Positions 27,046-34,336 of a stretch of 35,839 bases of DNA are shown piece by piece; positions within the stretch are counted from its first letter, which is position 1, and each line of letters begins with the position of its first letter. The stretch lies in the NCBI GenBank assembly GCA_023134165.1, contig JAGLUZ010000018.1, forward strand, positions 1 through 35,839. The letters run 5' to 3'. Both the position numbers and the translations under genes were made by a program. The notes under the pieces are model-generated. The model worked only from the letters and a program-made list of their open reading frames with translations. It ran no database searches and had not been told where the DNA came from. The stretch comes from Deltaproteobacteria bacterium. Lineage in GTDB: Bacteria; Desulfobacterota; GWC2-55-46; DRQE01.

Positions 27046-27513
27046 TTATTTTTCTGCCTCATCTTCAGAGGTGTCCTCTCTAGCGAGACCCTCTGCACTG
27101 CCGCTCGTTGGTTCATCACTATCGTCTTTGCAGTCCTCTGCCTCACTATCATCTTCATCATCATCGTCGTAAGAGTCAGCGTCATCATCTTCAGCCTTAC
27201 CACCGCTAAAATCAATTGCTTCCCAGAGTTTTGTGATGGCTGAGACAAATACCACGCCAACCACAATGTTATTTACTAGTTGGAGGTATGCTCCATTATT
27301 ATAGTCCATAAATGTGGCGGTCATGGCAAAAAAAGCCGTTACAACAAAGATTAGGAGCAACCTAACGACACCCATAAATTTACCGGTGTCTAGCTGTGCG
27401 ACCTTGCCTTTAAAGCCAAGTTGCCTTGAGTACCCCATTAGGTAGAAAAAACCACCAAATAGGAATATAACCAAGACGTGTTCCGCAAGTGATGCAATAG
27501 CTTCAATATCCAT
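27046..27513 (-). CDS. Small membrane protein with a highly acidic C-terminal tail (155 aa)
   Basis: Three hydrophobic segments, then KAEDDDADSYDDDDEDDSEAEDCKDDSDEPTSG...EDTSEDEAEK. Its stop abuts the ATG of the parvulin gene (TAAATG at 27043-27048). A GGAG SD lies upstream. Confidence 0.55.
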   Translation of the reverse strand: MDIEAIASLAEHVLVIFLFGGFFYLMGYSRQLGFKGKVAQLDTGKFMGVVRLLLIFVVTAFFAMTATFMDYNNGAYLQLVNNIVVGVVFVSAITKLWEAIDFSGGKAEDDDADSYDDDDEDDSEAEDCKDDSDEPTSGSAEGLAREDTSEDEAEK

Positions 27514-27665
27514 AATTAAACTCCATAAATAAAAAATACGATTTAAAAAACCCAGCTTACCTATTAAAGTGCAGTAAATTTACTCTTCTTTATTCTTCAA
27601 AGAACAGTCCTTAAAACGAGAAAAACATAAAATTTAAAAAGTTTTGAAAAGACCTTAAAATTCTA

Positions 27666-30600
27666 TCACCTCTTGGAGAGTTCTTTCAACACATATCTTG
27701 CCTCATTAATAGGGGTCTCATCTGGGGTCATTATATAGACGAGCCTTCCGTCTGGGGTGGCTCTAAACTTCTCTGGAATTTTACTGATTAACTCAAAGGC
27801 TCGTGCCTCTGTACTTGTTTTTTGTATACTCTCGCCGCTTGCAAGTGATAGGTAAAATCTAGATCCTTTTTGAGTAAGCTCCACGCCACCTAGTTTCGAA
27901 AGCTCGGCCTTAACCATTGCTACAGCAAAGAGATTCTCAACAAGCTCTGGCATCCGTCCGTAGCGATCCTCAACCTCACCACCAAGCATTAAAAGTTCGT
28001 CCTGGCTAATCCCCATCGCTAGTTTCTTATAGACCTCAAGTCTTTGCCTTGTATCTGGGATGTAATCATCAGGGATGTACCTTGAAAGATTAAGCTTCAC
28101 CTCAACCTGTGGTTTTGGCTCTACTCGCTCTCCCTTCAACTCTGCCACGGCCTGCCCTAAGAGCTCGGTATACATATCGAAACCAACCTCGATTATACGC
28201 CCAGACTGGGCAGAGCCAAGGAGGTCTCCTGCACCACGAATCTCTAGGTCAAAGGCCGCAACCCTAAAGCCACTACCAAGCTCTGAGAGTTCACGGATTA
28301 CCTCCATTCTTTTCTGGGCTTCCGGGGTAAGGCGAGTCTCATCTGGACAAATTAAATAGGCGTAGGCTCGGTGGTGGCTCCTGCCAACTCTACCTCGAAG
28401 CTGGTAAAGTTCGGCCAAACCAAAACAATCCGCTCGGTTTATTATTATGGTATTGGCACGAGGGATATCTAGCCCACTCTCGATAATTGTTGTAGAGAGC
28501 AGGATATCAAACTCACCAGAGGAAAAACCAAGCATAACCTTCTCAAGCTCACGCTCACGCATCTGTCCGTGTCCAACCACAATCTTCACATCTGGCTTTA
28601 TCTCTTTTGCTATTCCCTCTAACCAGTCCCGCATTGCCTCAATGGATTTAACTCGGTTATGGACAAAGAAAATCTGCCCGCCTCGTTTAAGTTCACGAGA
28701 AAGAGCCTCTTTTACAGCACCATCATCAAAGCGTATGACGCGTGTGTGAATACTTAGCCTGTCCTCGGGCGGGGTATTTATTATTGAAAGGTCACGAATA
28801 TCAGCAAGCGACATATTTAGGGTTCTTGGAATTGGCGTAGCTGTTAGTGTTAGGGTATCCACCTCTCGGCGTAGTTCCCGAAGTCGTTCTTTATGTTTGA
28901 CCCCAAAGCGGTGCTCTTCATCAACTATAACAAGGCCAATATCCCTAAAAATAACGTCCTTTTGAAGTAGCCTGTGTGTGCCAATTAGAATATCCACCTC
29001 GCCTTTGGCTAAACGCTCTAGGGTTTCATTTTGTTCCTTGCGGCTTCTAAATCGACTCAAGACCTCGACCCTAACTGGGTAGGGGGCAAAACGTTCCTTA
29101 AAGGTCAGGTAATGTTGCAGAGCTAGAACTGTTGTTGGCACAAGTATCGCTGTCTGTTTTGAGTCAAGGGCAGAGCGAAAAGCCGCACGCATAGCAACCT
29201 CGGTCTTACCGTACCCAACATCACCGCAAATCAGGCGATCCATTGGTTTCTCTTTTCCCATGTCTTTTAAAGTATCTTTTATGGCAAGTGCCTGATCAGG
29301 GGTTTCTTCGTACTCAAAGGAGGCCTCAAACTCTTCAAAGAGGTGTCCGCCCTCAGCAAAGCCGTACCCCTTTGCGGCACTCCTCTCGGCATATAACTTA
29401 AGTAGCTCTCCAGCTATTGAGGCTACGGCTTTTTTAACTCGTTTCTTTGTCTTATTCCAGCTCTGCCCTCCAAGCTTATCTGGGCGAGGCTCCCCGCCCT
29501 CAATCCCCCGGTACTTTGAGATTAAGTCCATCCTCTCTACAGGCAAGTAAAGTGCGTCCCCTCCGTCATAGTGAAGAAGGAGGTAATCGCTCTCCACTCC
29601 GTCATGACCCATCCGCTTTAAGCCCCTATAAACCCCAATACCATGGAGGGTATGGACAACCGTATCACCGTCCTTTAACTCACGAAGGTCATTTAAAAAA
29701 CTCTCAACCTTCTTTGTACTCGGTGCTCTTCGTCTTTGACGCTCACCAAATATCTCCTCTTCCGTTATAAAAGACCTCTTTAGTGATGGCTCAGTAAAAC
29801 CAGAAGAAAGAGCACCAATAAGGACAACCACCCTTGGCTTGTCAAAGGTCTCAAAGACCTCCTCTCCGGCACTTGTTATTGTTACTGAAAACTCTTCCAG
29901 TAACTCAACCATTCGCTCAGCCTGACCATGGTTATGTGCAGTTATAAATACCGAGATCTCGTCCTTTAGTAGTTTTGTTATCCGCTCACTAAGCGGGGTT
30001 AGTTCTTTTTTTGTACTTATATCCTGTCTAAGAGCTAGATTTGATAGGGATTCAAACCTTGCCTCCACCTTGTCTTTGTCTACTTCGTCTTTGACCTCTG
30101 CGGAGGTACCTTCAAAGGTCGGTGAAAAAATCTCCAAAAGTGGCCATTCCATTAATTCTTCTCTAAATTTTTCTGGGGTTTTGTATAGTTCTTCTGGCGT
30201 AAGAAGCAGGCTCTCTCCTGCTCGAAGCAAAACTTCTTTATAAAAATCTTCGGTTCGAGCCTTAATCTGCTCTGGTTTGGAAGCAACAATGATTGTCTCT
30301 TTTGGAAGATAATCAAAGATATGGCCAAGGTTTTCACTAAAGAAAAACGGGAAGAGTGCACCTGCCAAAACCTTACCCCCATCACGAAGTTTTGATGACA
30401 GTGGCTCCCACTCGCTTCTGGCAAGGTCTCTTGCGTCAGCACGTTCAATTAGTCTTTCTCTGGCAAGCCTCCTTGCCCCTGCCGAGAGATCCATCTGACG
30501 AGCAGGCAGGATTAATGCGTCCGTAAGCTCCCTGAGTGAACGCTGAGTTGAAGGGTCAAATGTTCTAATTGATTCAATCTCATCGCCCATAAATTCCAGA

Positions 30601-31208
30601 CGCAGAGGCCACTCCTTATTCTCTGTTGTTGGGGCAGGAAACAAATCCAAGATAGCCCCTCTAACACTAAGCTCGCCACGCTCCTCAACCATGCTCATGG
30701 ACTCATACCCTACCTCAATTAACCTTGCAACCAACTCATCACGCCCTGCCTCATCCCCTATGCCAATCTTTATTGACCTCTCTATCAAGGACTTTGCTGG
30801 CACTGTTAGCTCGATTAAGGTCTCAGCCGAGGCAACCGCTATAAAAGGGGTCTTCCGAGTCTTTAGGGTATAGAGACACTCAAGCCTTGCACCCGTTATA
30901 TCAGGGTGCGGCTCTTCGGTCTCAAAGGGGAGTAGCTCTGTTATCGGATAATAAAGTACATTTTCTTTGCCTATAAAAAAAGCCAGGTCTTTTGCAAATG
31001 ATTCTGCCTCGTCAGCAGTTGGGAGGATTACAAAGAAAGGTTTATTACTTTTTCTAAAGAGACTTGCCAGACAATACGCCCGCGAAGAACCAACCAAACC
31101 AGAGAGGACGCACCTCTGCCCGCGCACCAAAGAGGATAGCCCCCTCTCGGCCACCAAAAGCGGGTTTTTATTAACTACCCCGTCTTTTAAGGATTCTGAC
31201 TTTGCCAT
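27666..31208 (-). CDS. mfd: Transcription-repair coupling factor
   Basis: 1180 aa. CarD/RNAP-interacting domain (GDTVVHTLHGIGVYRGL), SF2 helicase motifs (GDVGYGKTEVA, VDEEHRFGV, TATPIPRT), and a TRCF C-terminal domain. Confidence 0.97.
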   Translation of the reverse strand: MAKSESLKDGVVNKNPLLVAERGLSSLVRGQRCVLSGLVGSSRAYCLASLFRKSNKPFFVILPTADEAESFAKDLAFFIGKENVLYYPITELLPFETEEPHPDITGARLECLYTLKTRKTPFIAVASAETLIELTVPAKSLIERSIKIGIGDEAGRDELVARLIEVGYESMSMVEERGELSVRGAILDLFPAPTTENKEWPLRLEFMGDEIESIRTFDPSTQRSLRELTDALILPARQMDLSAGARRLARERLIERADARDLARSEWEPLSSKLRDGGKVLAGALFPFFFSENLGHIFDYLPKETIIVASKPEQIKARTEDFYKEVLLRAGESLLLTPEELYKTPEKFREELMEWPLLEIFSPTFEGTSAEVKDEVDKDKVEARFESLSNLALRQDISTKKELTPLSERITKLLKDEISVFITAHNHGQAERMVELLEEFSVTITSAGEEVFETFDKPRVVVLIGALSSGFTEPSLKRSFITEEEIFGERQRRRAPSTKKVESFLNDLRELKDGDTVVHTLHGIGVYRGLKRMGHDGVESDYLLLHYDGGDALYLPVERMDLISKYRGIEGGEPRPDKLGGQSWNKTKKRVKKAVASIAGELLKLYAERSAAKGYGFAEGGHLFEEFEASFEYEETPDQALAIKDTLKDMGKEKPMDRLICGDVGYGKTEVAMRAAFRSALDSKQTAILVPTTVLALQHYLTFKERFAPYPVRVEVLSRFRSRKEQNETLERLAKGEVDILIGTHRLLQKDVIFRDIGLVIVDEEHRFGVKHKERLRELRREVDTLTLTATPIPRTLNMSLADIRDLSIINTPPEDRLSIHTRVIRFDDGAVKEALSRELKRGGQIFFVHNRVKSIEAMRDWLEGIAKEIKPDVKIVVGHGQMRERELEKVMLGFSSGEFDILLSTTIIESGLDIPRANTIIINRADCFGLAELYQLRGRVGRSHHRAYAYLICPDETRLTPEAQKRMEVIRELSELGSGFRVAAFDLEIRGAGDLLGSAQSGRIIEVGFDMYTELLGQAVAELKGERVEPKPQVEVKLNLSRYIPDDYIPDTRQRLEVYKKLAMGISQDELLMLGGEVEDRYGRMPELVENLFAVAMVKAELSKLGGVELTQKGSRFYLSLASGESIQKTSTEARAFELISKIPEKFRATPDGRLVYIMTPDETPINEARYVLKELSKR

Positions 31209-31219
31209 TAGAACTTGTC

Positions 31220-31228
31220 AGTATAACA
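31220..31228 (-). promoter_or_regulatory. Candidate extended -10 element (TGtTATACT) 11 nt upstream of the mfd ATG
   Basis: The minus strand reads ...GACTGTGTTATACTGACAAGTTCTAATG. TG is at 31227-31228 and TATACT at 31220-31225. There is no SD before the ATG (31206-31208). Confidence 0.35.
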
Positions 31229-31291
31229 CAGTCAGGGCGGGAATAAAAACCACCCTCAAAAAAACATTCTCCTTGCGACCAACCTGTCTTT

Positions 31292-31313
31292 TTGTTAAAT
31301 TGCGTGTTAACAA
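31292..31313. repeat. 7-bp perfect inverted repeat TTGTTAA-N8-TTAACAA in the mfd / RM divergent intergenic region
   Basis: TTGTTAA is at 31292-31298 and TTAACAA at 31307-31313, about 40 nt upstream of the RM gene's TTG start. Confidence 0.3.
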
Positions 31314-31353
31314 GAGTCTACGCCTTTTAACCCAAACCTGATGAGGTTCTCAA

Positions 31354-34245
31354 TTGTTTAAAAAACTAACAAAAGAAGAAGCATTAAAAAAAACCATCGA
31401 GCTTGTTGATAAGTTTGCCATACATGTTGATGACTACAAAAAAGGACATTACAACGAGGCTCAAGTCAGGCGAGAATATATTGACCCTTTCTTTGAAGCC
31501 CTTGGCTGGGACATTGAAAATGAAGACGGCTATGCCGAGCAGTATAAAGACGTCATACACGAAGACTCCTTAAAGGTCGGTGTATCGATGAAGGCTCCTG
31601 ATTATTCTTTTCGCATTGGAGGCGTGCGCAAGTTTTTCTTGGAGGCAAAGAAACCCGCAGTAAAAATAAAGACAGACTCTGACCCCGCCTTTCAGCTCCG
31701 TCGTTACGGATGGAGCGCAAAACTTTCCCTCTCCATCCTCACCGACTTTGAAGAGTTCGCCGTATATGATTGCAGAATAAAACCAAGTGAAAAAGACAAG
31801 GTCGGCCTTGGTAGAATTCGCTACCTCACCTATGAGGATTACGTAAAAGAGTTTGATTATATTTACGATACTTTCTCTAAAGAAGCCATCTTAAGGGGTA
31901 GTTTTGATAGATACATCGAGACCTCAAAAAAGCACCGTGGCACGAGCGAGGTCGACTCTGAGTTTTTAAAGATAATTGAAGAGTTTCGCCTAACGCTTGC
32001 AAAAAAAATCGCCTCTGGGAATAAAACAAAAAATCTCTCTGTTCATGACCTAAACTTTGCCGTTCAACAGACATTAGACCGTATAATATTTTTGCGTATT
32101 TGTGAGGATAAGGGTATTGAGCCTTATGGCCAATTACAGGCTCTTCTAAACGGTGAAAATATTTATCAAAGACTCTTTGAGGTTTTTTACAAAGCTGACG
32201 TGAAGTACAATAGTGGCCTCTTTGATTTTAAGAGCGACACCTTCACCCACACACTAGAGGTAGATAACAAGATACTAAAGGAGATTATATCCAACCTCTA
32301 TGCCCCAAAATCTCCCTACGAATTTTCAGTCCTTGGCGTTGATATTCTTGGCAATGTTTACGAGCAGTTTCTTGGCAAGGTCATTACTCTAAGCCCAAGC
32401 GGTAAGACGGCAAAGGTTGAAGAGAAACCCGAGGTAAAGAAGGCTGGCGGAGTTTACTACACGCCGCAGTATATCGTTGAGTATATTGTTAAAAATACTA
32501 TTGGAGAGCTTTTAAATAAAAAAACGCCAAAAGAAGCGTTAAAGCTAAAGATACTTGACCCAGCCTGCGGTAGCGGAAGTTTTTTAATCGGTGCTTACGA
32601 CTACCTCTTAAAGTGGCACCTGAAGTGGTACTGTGACAACGATCCCGAAAAACATTGCAAGGGCAAAGACCCAAAGATATTTAAAATAGGTGTTAACTCA
32701 TACCGCCTGACCGCAAGTGTAAAAAAACAGATTTTAACCAATAATATTCACGGTGTGGATATAGACCGCCAAGCCGTGGAGGTTGCAAAGCTCTCACTCC
32801 TCTTAAAGGTTTTGGAGGATGAGAACGGCGAGACCCTCGCGCGGAGTAAACTTAATTTTAGAGAGCGGGTTTTGCCAAACCTAAAGGACAATATAAAATG
32901 CGGAAACTCGCTGATTGGTTCTGATTTTTATAACCAGCTGGAGTTTGACATGAAGCTTGATGACGAGGAGGCACGACGCATAAATGTTTTTGATTGGGAT
33001 GATGACAAGAAAGGGTTTGGTAAAATCATGAAAGCCGGGGGCTTTGATTGCGTTATCGGTAACCCGCCGTATGGAGCCACATTAAGCATCCAAGAAAAAA
33101 ACTATCTAAAAACATACAAAGCCTATGAATATCAACTAAACAGTTTTGTTTTATTTATTGAAAAAGGACTTCAATTACTTTCCAAAAATGGTTTTTCATC
33201 TTACATCACACCTGCAGTTTTTCTTTCTCAACATTATTTCAAAAACATACGAAATTTGATACTTAAAAAATATTGCGTCCGTAAAATTTTACTTTTAAAC
33301 TATAAAGTATTTCAAGAAGCTGACACAGGGGACACTACAATATTTACGATACAAAACACTTTTTCTAAAAATACATCTATAAAAAATGTCACTCTTAAAA
33401 GTCCTGAGGACTTTCTCAACAATCTTATATTCAAAACCATACCTCAGGACGACTGTTTGAATAATAAAAGATATGAACTTAACGTAGGATTAACTTGTGA
33501 CATAATGAATAAAATCAACGGTGTATCTATTACGCTGGGAAATATTTCAAAAAACACTGTTGGAATTAAACCCTATCAAAAAGGAAAAGGCAAACCCAAA
33601 CAAAACGAAAGGATTGTTAAAGATAGAATCTACGACTCTGAGACTGCAGTAGATAGCACTTACAAGCAGTATTTAATAGGAAAGGATATTGACAAGTATA
33701 AAGTGTCAATATTGGCAAATCGTTTTATAAAGTATGGTAAAAACCTAGCAGAGCCACGTCAATCGGCACCATTTGAAAGTAAAAAAATAATATTAAGACA
33801 AACATCTGATATCATTAGAGCTGTTATAGACGACAATAACTACTACAACCTAAACAACATATACAACATCGAAATCACTAACAATAACTATAGTTATGAA
33901 TATCTACTTGGCATACTAAATTCAAAATCCATGATTTATATCTACCAAAATATCGTCCCTGAAAAAGGTAAAGTTTTTGCTGAAGTAAAAAAAATAAATC
34001 TCAAAAAACTCCCCATCCGCACCATTGACCTCTCCAACAAAACCGAGAAAGCCGTGCACGACAAGATGGTCAGTCTTGTCAACACCATGCTGGAGCTAAA
34101 TAAAAAACTTGCCAAAACCAAAATCCCCCACGAGCGAGACCTAACGGAGCGTCGCATAAGTGCCACGGACACCCAAATCGACACCCTCGTCTATGAACTA
34201 TACGGCCTCACAAAAGAAGAGATAAAAATAGTGGAAGGGGATTAA
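31354..34245 (+). CDS. Type IIG restriction-modification enzyme (fused PD-(D/E)xK endonuclease + gamma-class N6-adenine DNA methyltransferase + TaqI_C-like target-recognition domain), Eco57I-like architecture
   Basis: 963 aa. N-terminal YNEAQVRREYIDPFFEALGWD, with D83 (APDYSF) and E97-A-K99 (FLEAKKP). SAM motif I LDPACGSGSFLIGAY (about 32554-32598). Motif IV NPPY (33061-33072). Conserved C-terminal tail LVYELYGLTKEEI. The TTG start is forced by two in-frame TGA codons just upstream and has a GAGG SD 7 nt upstream. Confidence 0.85.
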   Translation: MFKKLTKEEALKKTIELVDKFAIHVDDYKKGHYNEAQVRREYIDPFFEALGWDIENEDGYAEQYKDVIHEDSLKVGVSMKAPDYSFRIGGVRKFFLEAKKPAVKIKTDSDPAFQLRRYGWSAKLSLSILTDFEEFAVYDCRIKPSEKDKVGLGRIRYLTYEDYVKEFDYIYDTFSKEAILRGSFDRYIETSKKHRGTSEVDSEFLKIIEEFRLTLAKKIASGNKTKNLSVHDLNFAVQQTLDRIIFLRICEDKGIEPYGQLQALLNGENIYQRLFEVFYKADVKYNSGLFDFKSDTFTHTLEVDNKILKEIISNLYAPKSPYEFSVLGVDILGNVYEQFLGKVITLSPSGKTAKVEEKPEVKKAGGVYYTPQYIVEYIVKNTIGELLNKKTPKEALKLKILDPACGSGSFLIGAYDYLLKWHLKWYCDNDPEKHCKGKDPKIFKIGVNSYRLTASVKKQILTNNIHGVDIDRQAVEVAKLSLLLKVLEDENGETLARSKLNFRERVLPNLKDNIKCGNSLIGSDFYNQLEFDMKLDDEEARRINVFDWDDDKKGFGKIMKAGGFDCVIGNPPYGATLSIQEKNYLKTYKAYEYQLNSFVLFIEKGLQLLSKNGFSSYITPAVFLSQHYFKNIRNLILKKYCVRKILLLNYKVFQEADTGDTTIFTIQNTFSKNTSIKNVTLKSPEDFLNNLIFKTIPQDDCLNNKRYELNVGLTCDIMNKINGVSITLGNISKNTVGIKPYQKGKGKPKQNERIVKDRIYDSETAVDSTYKQYLIGKDIDKYKVSILANRFIKYGKNLAEPRQSAPFESKKIILRQTSDIIRAVIDDNNYYNLNNIYNIEITNNNYSYEYLLGILNSKSMIYIYQNIVPEKGKVFAEVKKINLKKLPIRTIDLSNKTEKAVHDKMVSLVNTMLELNKKLAKTKIPHERDLTERRISATDTQIDTLVYELYGLTKEEIKIVEGD

Positions 34246-34288
34246 AATCCCCTCTCCCCCTGTGAGAGAGGGTTGGGGTGAGGGGATT
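34246..34288. repeat. GC-rich imperfect palindrome (REP-like element / possible terminator) immediately after the RM stop codon
   Basis: AATCCCCTC (34246-34254) pairs perfectly with GAGGGGATT (34280-34288). An inner CCCC/GGGG segment also pairs. The full sequence is AATCCCCTCTCCCCCTGTGAGAGAGGGTTGGGGTGAGGGGATT. No clean U-tract follows. Confidence 0.6.
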
Positions 34289-34321
34289 ATGCTTTTACGC
34301 CTTCCTATGCAAGAACTCTTT

Positions 34322-34330
34322 TGATATTAT
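34322..34330 (+). promoter_or_regulatory. Candidate extended -10 element (TGaTATTAT) 6 nt upstream of the GT-C gene ATG
   Basis: TG is at 34322-34323 and TATTAT at 34325-34330. CAGTTT follows, then the ATG at 34337. No SD. Confidence 0.3.
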
Positions 34331-34336
34331 CAGTTT

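Noticed and set aside
31319-34303. 8-bp direct repeat TACGCCTT on both sides of the RM gene (31319-31326 and 34296-34303), considered as a possible target-site duplication.
   Set aside because: An 8-mer shared between two flanks of about 100 bp is plausible by chance (order 0.1-0.2). No terminal inverted repeats or mobility genes accompany it. It would be worth rechecking only if an empty site is found in relatives.
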